From: a virus
DNA length: 64,000 bases
IMG/VR virus record: IMGVR_UViG_3300025276_000023
Coordinates: 65,103 to 129,102 of that record
Direction: 5' to 3' (one strand)
Part shown: piece after piece, positions 28,601 to 37,896 of the stretch
Numbering within the stretch: the stretch's first letter is position 1
Layout of the letters: the number at the start of each line of letters is the position of its first letter
Notes under the pieces: model-generated
Databases searched by the model: none
What the model saw: the letters and a program-made list of their open reading frames with translations, nothing else
What the model was told of the DNA's origin: nothing
Translations under genes and position numbers: made by a program

Positions 28601-29794
28601 GCTATTCCTAGTTTTGAAGACGCTGCTAAGTTCCAATCTACTAGTTTCTTAGTATCTCCTTTTGCAGACCGGGATGACGGTAAGCGCGCAGTATTTATTG
28701 GCGTGCAAATGGCTCACGTGGTTGCATGTCAGGGTTATGAAGTATCTTTAATACGTACAGGTGGTGAAGCGGTTATTGGTAACTTAGTAGATGATATCTT
28801 TGCAGTAAAGGCTAGAAGCGCAGGTGTTATTAAACGAGTAACTAAAGATCTTATCGTTATTGAATACGACGATATCAATCTTAAAGATGACCATGTATTT
28901 ACTGGTAGACGTTACGGCGTTGTTACAGGTAAAACTATCCCACATGACATCGTAACAGATGTTGTTGTTGGTACTAAAGTATTTGAAGGTTATGTAGTTG
29001 CATGGAACGTTGGTTTCTTTGAACGTGATGTTCTAGAGCCGGGTGGTGTTCTTTGGAAACGTGGTATCCCATCAATCATTGCTCTAGTGGATGGACCTGA
29101 GACAATAGAAGATAGTTGTCGTGTAGGGTTAGATCTATCTAAGAAGTTAACTATCAATACGACAGGCATCAAAGAAATAACAGCGACGTTTGATCAGGCA
29201 CTTACCGGTCTCGTTGAAGTAGGTACTGATGTTGCTACTGATTCTGTTCTTGCTTTCCTAGAAGACAGTGTTACGGCTGGTACTGATTTGTTTGATGAGT
29301 TTAGCATTCAATCCCTTAACTCAAATGCTAGACTATCGCCTAAGGCTGGTAAAGCAGGTAAAGTAAGTAAGATTGAAGTTATCTACAACGGTGATATTGA
29401 AGACGCAACTGAATCAGTTCGTAACTTGATATTGAAGTTTGATGGTGAACGTGCTAAAGATGCTCGTAAATATAAAGATGGTCGTGTAACTATTGGACAA
29501 GCTGCTGATCTACCAATTGATACGGTTATCGTTAGAGTGTATATCGATAGTACGAATGATGCAGCTGACTGTGATAAAATAGTTGTAGGACATCAGTTGA
29601 AATCAGTTATCGGTTCTATACTGGTAGGTGAGAATAAAACCATCTACGGTGAAGACATTGACGTGTTCTTTGCACACATGGGTGTTAATGATCGAATAGT
29701 AATGAACCTTACCTATAATGGGATGTTAACGGTACTTACTGAGAAATCAAACGACCGAGCTATTGCAGCAGCTTTAGCGGTTTTAGAAAAATAA
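25580..29794 (+). CDS. Virion RNA polymerase beta subunit, N-terminal part (phiKZ gp178-like)
   Basis: DGTYFIGG, TFSGTGG, SEGGVDNGDVG, PFADRDDGKR..F...QM, EDS and DKIVVGHQLKSVI motifs of beta. Confidence 0.93.
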   Translation: MKRNKTLDTSISNLVASMEAIRYSDWYKRRGIRRVDELKQLKLINEESFELPRESIVHYMTNNPNELGIHVNNFLIRQSTGFIGIEHVKKYTTMEGSPIKVPIDVNGLTRKYKNANRDIRPIVNFDSIVKNPENVIIINYALLNQLYSYRQSYLSSYYKFENITNTLIDNINKYSELSTRNQFINLSLPDQVPTYVQFKALKDSMNSTSLAPFNRQSTLIILELYKWISEDREDSIFNRLDEAAIDKVNLVFTESGKSSILNLGNLNKWRKSLENPDGKFAPTQLNHIFLSFIRAMAAIRLLGKEDVNSIDISDDISKAELADLDVVLEEEVEEYDEDGELVSDSSSDFTDSGDISSTIDKEEVYEDKFGKTAGDLTKGVDETELVKTLLPSIRDKVSTGEITEKQAKRYVKLASESLKIADPYGGNENIGELLAGYKDTINKLSVTKIPDKKTVIDKSMLESKLPNITKDYVKYKLKSDIVASVYALQNDGYIIRDYSIDDIKDVHNEIEIHTVRVETIGGDVSTIKFKVPVIREDGTYFIGGVKYYLRKGRRDVPIRKVKPWKAFLTSYHSKLPFIKSQKVVDDYAGWMRKQIEKLSRNDEHPLTILESRDVFDHLVKLPRFYTMISKGIVEVDVAGLKLNFEYADAVEKYGEAVVEKFTKGGEMIIGKRDGEYILVDDAGLVRSAQVGKKGTMMGSLLDVLQIPEEVQLKAPVDKVQVSIVGKKVPVCALIAYRFGLENLINALKLTYRRVPKGTRLKMGPDEYAVAFASDTLIFRREEYLGQLIMGSLNAAKDALKLFELEDFNSRDEIWGDVLQRMGYGPRVYREFESLYNIWLDPMTVQALEIMKEPTKFRPLVIRAVEILTTDWHLKEMHGSGFMTKGYERVAGFIYKNLSDSVRTQKARQTSKKLDMNPNAVWEEFEKDTSKQIVEESNPVQNLKEMSNLTFSGTGGQTSRIMVKHKREFDPNDLGLISEGGVDNGDVGVTTFLTYDPKVTNLLGMADEAIPSFEDAAKFQSTSFLVSPFADRDDGKRAVFIGVQMAHVVACQGYEVSLIRTGGEAVIGNLVDDIFAVKARSAGVIKRVTKDLIVIEYDDINLKDDHVFTGRRYGVVTGKTIPHDIVTDVVVGTKVFEGYVVAWNVGFFERDVLEPGGVLWKRGIPSIIALVDGPETIEDSCRVGLDLSKKLTINTTGIKEITATFDQALTGLVEVGTDVATDSVLAFLEDSVTAGTDLFDEFSIQSLNSNARLSPKAGKAGKVSKIEVIYNGDIEDATESVRNLILKFDGERAKDARKYKDGRVTIGQAADLPIDTVIVRVYIDSTNDAADCDKIVVGHQLKSVIGSILVGENKTIYGEDIDVFFAHMGVNDRIVMNLTYNGMLTVLTEKSNDRAIAAALAVLEK

Positions 29795-29798
29795 CCAC

Positions 29799-29842
29799 CA
29801 TAAACAATTGCCTAGGACTTAGCTGTCCTAGGCAATTATATG
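29799..29842 (+). terminator. Hairpin flanked by CATA/TATG
   Basis: AATTGCCTAGGAC-loop-GTCCTAGGCAATT then ATATG. Confidence 0.75.
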
Positions 29843-29880
29843 ATTTCTAAATTTATAGAACAACCATTGAGAGGATACTC

Positions 29881-30057
29881 ATGTCAATACATACAAACAA
29901 AAAAACCGTTACTATTGCAGCGGTTACAACTATATGCCAAGTGGCATTTCACGTTGTTACTACAGCAGGCGGCAATGAAATTGCAATGCCTGAATCGCGT
30001 GATGTTCTAGAAGACATTGCTAATGAAGTTAAACTACAGTTAGCGGAGAAAGTGTAA
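29881..30057 (+). CDS. Small protein, 58 aa, missing from the ORF track
   Basis: GAGGA RBS; MSIHTNKKTVTIAAVTTICQVAF...KLQLAEKV*; TAATG coupling to the next gene. Confidence 0.7.
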   Translation: MSIHTNKKTVTIAAVTTICQVAFHVVTTAGGNEIAMPESRDVLEDIANEVKLQLAEKV

Positions 30058-31508
30058 TGAATCGTTTCCTCACATATGGTTTAACAGTTGCAGAATATTC
30101 AGCAATTGATATCGCACCTGTTCCAGGTTCTCCTTTAGCTCAAGCAGTTAGTATTATTACTCCTAACAAGCCAGTTGAAACAGTAGAAGAAATAGCGACT
30201 GGTTTAGAAAGCGCAATTGATCAAACACTTATTGATTTCGTTGGTGGTTACGGTGATATCTCTGAATCTATGATTCATGACTTATTAGAAGTGTCTGGTA
30301 AACGTTTAGAATTTATTCAAACAACAGTTGCTCCTTTATCTGCTCGCTTTGCTGAAATGGTAGCAGGTAATCTTAAATCAAATTTAGATGCTACTAACAT
30401 TATCGACTATGACATTGCTACGCATGAATTGCCTCGCATTGCAACGTCTGGTAATCTTGAAGGTATCTGTAAACAGTACATTGATACTGAAGGTTTCAAA
30501 AACGTAACTTACTCTCCATCTGCTTACTTCATAGATGAGTCAGAAGAAGTGTTAGTTAATACTTTAGAATCTGGCATTGCAGCATGGGATGAAGAAGTAA
30601 AAGAAATCCTAACAGCGGCTGGTGAAGAAGGGATGGTTAAAGCTTACAACCGTTTCTTAAACAATGTTCGTGGTACAGAAGTTGATAAAGATGGTAACAA
30701 CATTGTTACTTATCCAAACAACATCGAATACCTAAACGATTACATCCTTTGTTTCTTATTTGTTAACTCTGCTCTTTTAGGCGGATACGAAAACAAAGAC
30801 AAGATGTTACATGGTCGCTACAACATCGATACAGTGCTACGTAGTACTGCTGGTGCGCTTGGTACAGTGATTAAATCAATCATTGATATCTATGGTCGTG
30901 CTGTTGAAACTAACCGTGTGATTCGTTCTATCGATCATGAAAACAATGTTATTGAAGTATTCAAAACTAACTTCAACGACTACGTTGCCAATGGCGGTGA
31001 AGCGGAAGTACTTAAGATGGGTGCATTACTCGCATCTGAAGGTCATGGTGGTTTCCTTAAAATGACTACTGAAGAGTTGTTACAGAACTCTGAAAAAGCA
31101 ATTGCCATGTTCAATGCTAAGATTAGCAAGATTGAACTAGATGCAGCTACCAAAGCACTAACTGCGTCTAAGATGCAAACAGCGGGTATGTTCAAAGAAA
31201 TGATTGAAGGTATTTCTGAGCTTGAACTTCACATCGGTAATAAAGAAGAGATTCTTTCTTCTTCTAAAGTTGCTGATTTACTAGCTGAGATTTCATTAGA
31301 AGACTTTGAAAATCGTCCTCGTGAAATCGCACTTGAGATCTTCTGTAAAACAGTATGGCCTCAAGCTAGCTTCTGGTCTTTTATTAAGACTATGAATACG
31401 GCTGCATTGAACGACCCTCATTTAACACCTCGTGAGTCAGCGTACAAAGCGTTCGTTAAAGAAGTAGTTGCTAACTTGTTAAAACAGACTACTGTCGTCA
31501 ATGGCTAG
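30057..31508 (+). CDS. Conserved protein (phiKZ gp177-like)
   Basis: 483 aa between the beta subunit gene and the gp176/gp175-like genes. Confidence 0.6.
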   Translation: MNRFLTYGLTVAEYSAIDIAPVPGSPLAQAVSIITPNKPVETVEEIATGLESAIDQTLIDFVGGYGDISESMIHDLLEVSGKRLEFIQTTVAPLSARFAEMVAGNLKSNLDATNIIDYDIATHELPRIATSGNLEGICKQYIDTEGFKNVTYSPSAYFIDESEEVLVNTLESGIAAWDEEVKEILTAAGEEGMVKAYNRFLNNVRGTEVDKDGNNIVTYPNNIEYLNDYILCFLFVNSALLGGYENKDKMLHGRYNIDTVLRSTAGALGTVIKSIIDIYGRAVETNRVIRSIDHENNVIEVFKTNFNDYVANGGEAEVLKMGALLASEGHGGFLKMTTEELLQNSEKAIAMFNAKISKIELDAATKALTASKMQTAGMFKEMIEGISELELHIGNKEEILSSSKVADLLAEISLEDFENRPREIALEIFCKTVWPQASFWSFIKTMNTAALNDPHLTPRESAYKAFVKEVVANLLKQTTVVNG

Positions 31509-32202
31509 AAAGGACGCTGTAGTACTAGATAGCTTTGAATTGAAGAACGGTAAGTATATCACTAAGACGGGTTGTAAGATCATCTTTCCAGCCCGTTATA
31601 GACAGAAGAATCTGGCTAGCTTTGGTGAGTATACTGAATGTCTTTCAGTTTATAAAGTAGTACTACCGGATGGGACGTTTTCAGTCGCACGTGATGTGAG
31701 TCGTATCCGATTGGCGAAAACAAGTTATCAGATTGAAAAGATAGACGATGAAGATATGTACGTCTTTAATTATGATGCAGGTGATGTTGTAATTGATTCA
31801 AGCGATATCATCGTTGATAAACTTTTGCCTTATTACACTTATGAGTATTTCATAGATAAAGGTTACGTTCCTTCATTTTTAGAATATGACGATATGTGTT
31901 TGATGTGGGAAAATGTAGAAACTACGACGGGTAATAAAGTAGGGTCAACTAAAGAAGTCATTCGCTTTATCATTTCTTTAATAGCTCGTTATCCAGACGA
32001 CCCTACGTTGTTCTACAGACAAGCGGTTAATAAAGGATATAAAGGCAAACCTAAATGGATTGCTTTCTCAAGTGTTATCCACGGTCCTCGAACTACAACT
32101 GCTAAGCTGATAGGTGCACGTTTTAACTCTGCATTGATCGCTGCTTTAAATACTGAGAATGCTAAGCCTGAAAAGGTTGAAGACATTCTAAGGAGAAATT
32201 AA
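31501..32202 (+). CDS. Conserved protein (phiKZ gp176-like)
   Basis: Directly upstream of the protease; CKIIFPARY, GYVPSFLEYDD and TTAKLIG motifs. Confidence 0.65.
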   Translation: MARKDAVVLDSFELKNGKYITKTGCKIIFPARYRQKNLASFGEYTECLSVYKVVLPDGTFSVARDVSRIRLAKTSYQIEKIDDEDMYVFNYDAGDVVIDSSDIIVDKLLPYYTYEYFIDKGYVPSFLEYDDMCLMWENVETTTGNKVGSTKEVIRFIISLIARYPDDPTLFYRQAVNKGYKGKPKWIAFSSVIHGPRTTTAKLIGARFNSALIAALNTENAKPEKVEDILRRN

Positions 32203-32996
32203 TGTTTGGAATAGGTGGAACACAACCTATGCGTGTTGGTAAACAATTCAGAGTTGGCTGTGAAGTAATGTCAGCTCAAAATAAAACCGGCATATTGCGT
32301 AAGAATGAAAAAGGTGAGTATTGTGATTTAGTACTTGGTGCATTAGAGTTCCCTAACAGCGGTGGATCAACATATTCACTTAGCTCTGGTGAAGACATGT
32401 TACGTGAAGGATCTCTCTTTAGAGATTGTTTGATGAACGGTCAAGCTAAAGGTGAATACTGGCACCCGTCTAAAGAACCAGGTATGACAGATGAAGACTG
32501 GTTTAGACGAATCATGTATACGGCTGAAAAGAACACATGTCATTTACATACATCAATGTGGATTGATTTTATCATACCAGCAGGTAGCAATAAAAAAGTT
32601 CCTGCTTTTATTGGTAACATCATCCCAACTGGTCCATATGGTGAGACATTAGATAAGCAATTAAATCTTCCTCAAGATAATGTTAGTTTCAGTATACGAA
32701 GCATTACGGACGATATCGCTTTACCTAATGGTACTTATCGTAAAAAGATATTAGCGGCTAATGGTTTCGACCACGTTACTCGTCCAGGTATTAAGATAGC
32801 AACTAAATCTAATTCAGTTAGTTTAGAAAATGCTTCTGCTACAATTACATTAGCAGACATGGTTCGTTTTGCTGAGCGTACATCTGAAGTAGGTGTAAGC
32901 TTTGAAGCCTCTCAACACTTTAAACGTGTTATTAGAGACATCGGTAAGCGTTACGAAACTAAAGTCTATATCCCTGCAAGTGCTAGTTGGAAATAA
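32202..32996 (+). CDS. Prohead protease (phiKZ gp175-like)
   Basis: GEYWHP (His), FSIRS (Ser), FDHVTRPG (Asp); C-terminal SLE/SFE candidate self-cleavage sites. Confidence 0.88.
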   Translation: MFGIGGTQPMRVGKQFRVGCEVMSAQNKTGILRKNEKGEYCDLVLGALEFPNSGGSTYSLSSGEDMLREGSLFRDCLMNGQAKGEYWHPSKEPGMTDEDWFRRIMYTAEKNTCHLHTSMWIDFIIPAGSNKKVPAFIGNIIPTGPYGETLDKQLNLPQDNVSFSIRSITDDIALPNGTYRKKILAANGFDHVTRPGIKIATKSNSVSLENASATITLADMVRFAERTSEVGVSFEASQHFKRVIRDIGKRYETKVYIPASASWK

Positions 32997-33005
32997 AACA
33001 ATAAT

Positions 33006-33036
33006 AAGAGAGGGTTTTAAAACCCTCTCTTTTATG
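33006..33036 (+). terminator. Hairpin followed by TATG
   Basis: AAGAGAGGGTT-loop-AACCCTCTCTT then TTATG. Confidence 0.75.
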
Positions 33037-33044
33037 TAAAAAGT

Positions 33045-33072
33045 TACAAAACTATATTATTAAGATGATATA
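33045..33072 (+). promoter_or_regulatory. Putative early promoter TATAT-N9-GA
   Basis: AAAAC-TATAT(33053)-TATTAAGAT-GATATA at the head of the accessory operon. Confidence 0.6.
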
Positions 33073-33087
33073 AATAAGGAAAACATC

Positions 33088-33744
33088 ATGGCTATTACCA
33101 AAACGACTGTATACAGAATGCCTCATCGTAATGTTACGTTAGACGGCTCTATCACTAGAGAGAAGCGACATGCTTTTGACATGTTACAAGACATCGACAT
33201 CTCTACTCAGTTGCGTGCGTTAGTATTTGATAGAGATACTCCATTCCAATACTTTAAAGATGCAGTTGCCTTTAACTACGGTAAAAATAAATTAGCGCTA
33301 GGCATTGAATTAGAGATCGATCCTTCTACTCTGGACGAAACTTATTTCGAAGCCATCTGCAATGCTTTATTTGAATCAGCATCTACATCCCGTTCTATTA
33401 GCCTGCGTACTAAATCTGGTTATGTTACAACAGCAGTAAATGCTTATGCGTTTGCCTGTTTCTACATTTACATGGATTCAATATTACGCACTGTAGAGCG
33501 CTCTAGCTACACGGATCAGAAATACCTAGCATCGCTATACATAAAGGTTAAAGACTCTATGTATGAGCTCGTGGCTCGTTCTCTGGATAAAGAGAAAGCT
33601 TTATTCGTAGGTAGTACGGTAACTGTATTTGCTGCTGCGGATGATAGTACTCCCGATACAGAAGAAAGAACTATTTATGTTATTGAAGACCTCGCCTCTA
33701 GCTTTAGCGATGCGGAAATAAAAACTAAATTTAACAAACTATAA
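33088..33744 (+). CDS. Hypothetical protein
   Basis: 218-aa ORF, AAGGA RBS. Confidence 0.72.
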   Translation: MAITKTTVYRMPHRNVTLDGSITREKRHAFDMLQDIDISTQLRALVFDRDTPFQYFKDAVAFNYGKNKLALGIELEIDPSTLDETYFEAICNALFESASTSRSISLRTKSGYVTTAVNAYAFACFYIYMDSILRTVERSSYTDQKYLASLYIKVKDSMYELVARSLDKEKALFVGSTVTVFAAADDSTPDTEERTIYVIEDLASSFSDAEIKTKFNKL

Positions 33745-33780
33745 CCTAAGCTTGACCAGCTTATCACTCAAGGAATACTA

Positions 33781-34194
33781 ATGGCATTAACTATTGACTT
33801 ACTCAATCAATATATCGTAAAGCAAAATGAAGTAAAGCACGAATTGAATGATGATGAACGATTATACATGAATTATTGTTTCTTCTATCTGGTATGTGAT
33901 CGCTGTAAATGTCAGTACAGCGATAAGTACGATGCATTGATGGTGGTAAATAATGATTATAGACCACAATACGTTGTAAGGATTAGTGATTTATCATTAA
34001 AAGATTACGTAGATGGAGATGGAACACATAGACGCGATGCGCTGTATCGTCGAATGAACTCAGTTCCAATCACTAAGGGAAATAAAAATAAAGTAGTGGA
34101 CATGCTACAACTTATGACGTCGGAGTTTAATCGTAGAGAGAAAACTTCACTTGAACGTTTGTTTAAAAATCATAGAGTTAATATCAACAACTAA
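33781..34194 (+). CDS. Hypothetical protein
   Basis: 137-aa ORF, AAGGA RBS, CDRCKC Cys cluster. Confidence 0.7.
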   Translation: MALTIDLLNQYIVKQNEVKHELNDDERLYMNYCFFYLVCDRCKCQYSDKYDALMVVNNDYRPQYVVRISDLSLKDYVDGDGTHRRDALYRRMNSVPITKGNKNKVVDMLQLMTSEFNRREKTSLERLFKNHRVNINN

Positions 34195-34203
34195 GGATTG
34201 ATA

Positions 34204-35346
34204 ATGAGTGAGAAAGAAATAAAGAACTATAAGTTGCGTTCCAATGGCATAACGACAGATGTTCTAGAAGATACGGACAGTCGAGATATCGATGGTCTTG
34301 AACCAGCGGTTCATTTAGCGGTTGATGAAGACGGTCCTCGCTTTAAACGCAAGTCAGGTCACTATAGAGATGAAGTAAAAATCTATGGTTCTAATGTGCA
34401 GGAGCGAACTAAAGCGGTTCTAGAAGATCTAAGAGAGACGGAAGTTCCTCTAGGTATAATGATCGTAGGTACTAAAGGTAACGGTAAAACAATGCTGGCA
34501 GAAAATATATCAAATGCCTGTATTCGTGAACTAGCAATGCCTGTAATTGAAGTTAAGTCTATGATACGTGCTAAGACATTGGAAGCAATGATTCGTTCTG
34601 CTGGTGACTGTGTTGTCTATATCGATGAGTACAGTAAGTACTACTCTCCTCGTTATTCCAATACAACAGGCGGGTCTCAAGATGTCGATAACTCTGATGA
34701 ACTATTAACTCTGTTCTCAGATAAGACATTAGGTAAAGTGCTGTTTATCATCACTGATAATAAGATGCAGAACATTAGTGAGTTCTTACATAACCGTACT
34801 GGTCGTATGATGTATCGTTTTGTTTATGATTACGTACAAGCGGATGTAGTTAAAGATATCTGTAAAGACTTTAAAGTAAATAAAGAAATTACAGAGTTCT
34901 TACTAGATCATGCTAAGAACACAAAAGAGTCTATTGACAATATCCTTACGCTGGCTCAGAAAGCGACTAAACATAAAACGTTAAGTTCATTTCAAAAGAT
35001 ATTTAGTTACTTGAATGTCAAGCCACCTATGTTCCGTTCGTATTACATTAAAACGGATACGCCACATAAACTTTCTGCGCGTGTTGAAAATGATGATATC
35101 GTATTCACTGTTGATTCACCGGAAGAAATTAAAGATGCGGAAGGTAATTTAGTCGCGTCTGTTGGTAAAAACATTAGTCGATTTAAAATATCAACTATGA
35201 ACTATCGTAACCGTCGCGGTACTGTATATGGTGTTAACTATATATTCGCATTCCGCAACTTACCTGAGAAACCAGACGATGTTTACGAAGCTGAGATAAC
35301 AGGTGTACCGCCTGCTGAGTTTACGAACACTGGTTACTTCTTCTAA
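34204..35346 (+). CDS. AAA+ ATPase
   Basis: Walker A GTKGNGKT, Walker B VVYIDE, sensor ITDN, arginine finger NRTGR. Confidence 0.85.
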   Translation: MSEKEIKNYKLRSNGITTDVLEDTDSRDIDGLEPAVHLAVDEDGPRFKRKSGHYRDEVKIYGSNVQERTKAVLEDLRETEVPLGIMIVGTKGNGKTMLAENISNACIRELAMPVIEVKSMIRAKTLEAMIRSAGDCVVYIDEYSKYYSPRYSNTTGGSQDVDNSDELLTLFSDKTLGKVLFIITDNKMQNISEFLHNRTGRMMYRFVYDYVQADVVKDICKDFKVNKEITEFLLDHAKNTKESIDNILTLAQKATKHKTLSSFQKIFSYLNVKPPMFRSYYIKTDTPHKLSARVENDDIVFTVDSPEEIKDAEGNLVASVGKNISRFKISTMNYRNRRGTVYGVNYIFAFRNLPEKPDDVYEAEITGVPPAEFTNTGYFF

Positions 35347-35387
35347 TTAAAACAATCAATGGGACTCCGGTCCCTTAGGAAAAAGAA

Positions 35388-36575
35388 ATGAAACAATATA
35401 TTGAATCAACTACTCACGTTTTAAACAGCGGTATCATTAGCCCTACTCGTGGAACACCAACAGTTGCTGTACACGGTATCATGACTCGTTACGACTGTAG
35501 CAAGTTTCATCCAATCACTACCATCAAACATCAAGGCATGAAAGACATGACTACTGAGATGGAATGGATGATGAAAGGTCTTACAAGCAATCTGTGGTTA
35601 TTAGAGCGCGATTGTAAAATCTGGAACAAGTGGGACGTACTTCCTTTAACAGAAGTGGATATTGCTGATAAGTTAGCAGAAGTAGGCGTTAGCGTAGATT
35701 TCTCTTTAGTTGATCAAGAAACACTTTCTAAACTTACAGCAGCATTGAACATCTCAGACAAATCTGGTGAGTTAGGTCCAGTGTACGGTGAGATGATGGC
35801 TAACTGGCCTACTAGCAATGGTGAAACTATTAACCAGCTAGATGAACTAATCGATGGTATTCGTGAGAACCCATTCAGTCGTCGTCACATTGTGAGTATG
35901 TGGAATCCTGAATTCTTACCTAATGAAAAAGCAGACCATGTTGAGAACATTAAAAACGGTAAGCAAGTTCTACCTCCTTGTCATATGTCTTTCCAAATAC
36001 TTATTAGAAATGAACCTTTCTTTGCCGGCATTACAAAAGAACCAATGACTGATGTTGAAGCTGCTAAAGCAATGTGGTCAGCGGCAGTAGGCAATGGTCA
36101 CACAGATAAAATATTCCATGAATGGGTTTCTTCTGTACTGGCTAGTGAAAAGACATATGTTGAAATGGTAAGTGCTTTATATGAATCGGGTTTTGTTTTC
36201 AAAACAGGTGTATCAACTGATAATTTAATCGAGCGTTATAACCGTCGTTACGTAGATTTACTATTTACTATGCGTAGCAATGATAAACCATTAGGCGAAC
36301 CGTATAACGTATCTAACTATGGTACTCTATTAGCCGCTGTAGCGCACCTCACTGGCTTTGAACGTGGTGACTTGATACATTCTACCGGTAACAGTCATAT
36401 CTACTTAGATCAGCTTGAGGGCGTTGATACAATGCTTTCACGTGAACCTAAAGAAGGTACTCGTTTACTGATTGAAGATCGTGGTCAACGTTACCTTAAA
36501 GATTTCGCTGCTTCTGATTTTACATTAGAAGATTATCAATCACATGGTAAAGTTTCTTTTAAAGTAAACGTGTAA
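35388..36575 (+). CDS. thyA: Thymidylate synthase with insertions
   Basis: IWNKW, ELGPVYG, SRRHIVSMWNP, LPPCH, RSND..LG.PYN, HIYLDQ. Confidence 0.93.
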   Translation: MKQYIESTTHVLNSGIISPTRGTPTVAVHGIMTRYDCSKFHPITTIKHQGMKDMTTEMEWMMKGLTSNLWLLERDCKIWNKWDVLPLTEVDIADKLAEVGVSVDFSLVDQETLSKLTAALNISDKSGELGPVYGEMMANWPTSNGETINQLDELIDGIRENPFSRRHIVSMWNPEFLPNEKADHVENIKNGKQVLPPCHMSFQILIRNEPFFAGITKEPMTDVEAAKAMWSAAVGNGHTDKIFHEWVSSVLASEKTYVEMVSALYESGFVFKTGVSTDNLIERYNRRYVDLLFTMRSNDKPLGEPYNVSNYGTLLAAVAHLTGFERGDLIHSTGNSHIYLDQLEGVDTMLSREPKEGTRLLIEDRGQRYLKDFAASDFTLEDYQSHGKVSFKVNV

Positions 36576-37490
36576 ATGCGTCATCATAAAAGTTTAGGGC
36601 TGAGCGCAATGTTCGGCCTTGTTAATGCCAATTCATCTAACGCAGTCATACTGCCTAAATTGAAGCCATCAGAACCACTGGACTTCATGCCGGCTTATGA
36701 AAGTATATTGATCGATAAGTCTATAGAAGGTCTTGGTTTAATCAAAGGCCCTTTCCATCAAAGGAATATTTTAATGAGTTATGTCTCTGCTAATGTAGAA
36801 AAAGAAAACGGGTCTCGTAAGTTTGACTTTAGAGTACTTCATCGAGAAGAAGTAATCGATGCAGTACATCTTGAGAAAGATGCTGAGCCTAGTAATGAAG
36901 ATTTAGCTATACTTTATCTAACTGAAAACAAACCGGTTAATGATGAAGTTGAAGCACCTTTACTTGTCGCTGGTAAGTGTCCTGTAACTCAACATGACGC
37001 GACTGCTAACTTAATGTGGCACGTACATTCTAAAATACCTTCTGAGCGCTTAGCACGCATCCTAGCTAAGTTTCCTGAACTTGATCCTAAGTTTAGCACT
37101 GGTGGCGTAATGGATAAACGCCTTACATTAAGCGATCTTGTCACTGCTAATATCTCATACGCTATTATGCCTACCTTCGTTGGTAAAACATTGAGCCTAA
37201 AAGATAAGAAAGCATTTCGTGATTATGCGGGTAAGTCTATTTTCATTAACGACCGTAAACTAAAGAAAGATTCATTAACCGTGATTATCTTTCCAAACAA
37301 AACGTATACCGCTAACCCTACGTTCTGTAAGCAGTTAGAAGACTCTATCATGAGCGCTCTAACTTATACTCATTCATCTAAGGTATATTTATTTAATGCA
37401 CCTACCAATTTACTTGCACTTACTAATCTACCTACTTTAAAAGTAACAGTAAGTGAAGATGAAAATGGTACATTGCATACTTTCTGTTAA
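36576..37490 (+). CDS. Hypothetical protein
   Basis: 304-aa ORF abutting thyA. Confidence 0.7.
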   Translation: MRHHKSLGLSAMFGLVNANSSNAVILPKLKPSEPLDFMPAYESILIDKSIEGLGLIKGPFHQRNILMSYVSANVEKENGSRKFDFRVLHREEVIDAVHLEKDAEPSNEDLAILYLTENKPVNDEVEAPLLVAGKCPVTQHDATANLMWHVHSKIPSERLARILAKFPELDPKFSTGGVMDKRLTLSDLVTANISYAIMPTFVGKTLSLKDKKAFRDYAGKSIFINDRKLKKDSLTVIIFPNKTYTANPTFCKQLEDSIMSALTYTHSSKVYLFNAPTNLLALTNLPTLKVTVSEDENGTLHTFC

Positions 37491-37499
37491 GGGGAAGAT

Positions 37500-37841
37500 A
37501 TGAAAGAACACGACCTACTTAAAAGATTTAAGCTGAAAGCTAACGATGAAAGTCTCGATCCTTTATTTGAATTAGTTTTACTTAAAGTTGAAGGAGAATG
37601 TACAGCGGCAATTAAAGACCATGTAAATCGACTGGGTCGCTTTTCTACTACTATACTTGTAATGATCAATACCATTGTCAATCATGGCTTACGTGATGCT
37701 ACAGGTGCTGTAATGGCAAGTGATTTTATAACTCAAGGTTTAGATGTAGGTTTTACTTTAAGCTATATCAGTAGTGATGCTATACAAGTAAAGTCTGTAG
37801 TCTCGTCTAACGGTATGTTGAAAAAAATCAAGACAATTTAA
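37500..37841 (+). CDS. Hypothetical protein
   Basis: 113-aa ORF, GGGGA RBS. Confidence 0.68.
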   Translation: MKEHDLLKRFKLKANDESLDPLFELVLLKVEGECTAAIKDHVNRLGRFSTTILVMINTIVNHGLRDATGAVMASDFITQGLDVGFTLSYISSDAIQVKSVVSSNGMLKKIKTI

Positions 37842-37896
37842 CTAATATTAACGCGGGTCTTAGCAATGAGACCTTTTCTTTCTACCAGAGGTTTAT

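Noticed and set aside
23944-29794. Intron, intein or homing endonuclease in or between the RNAP genes
   Set aside because: ORFs are continuous and overlap by 38 nt; no Cys...His-Asn intein ends, LAGLIDADG or HNH motifs; the same holds for UvsX and terminase
35388-36575. dCMP/dUMP hydroxymethylase (DNA modification system)
   Set aside because: ThyA motifs including the specificity Asn are intact, and no modification genes are adjacent
36576-37490. Dihydrofolate reductase next to thyA
   Set aside because: No IG....LPW or MGRKT motifs
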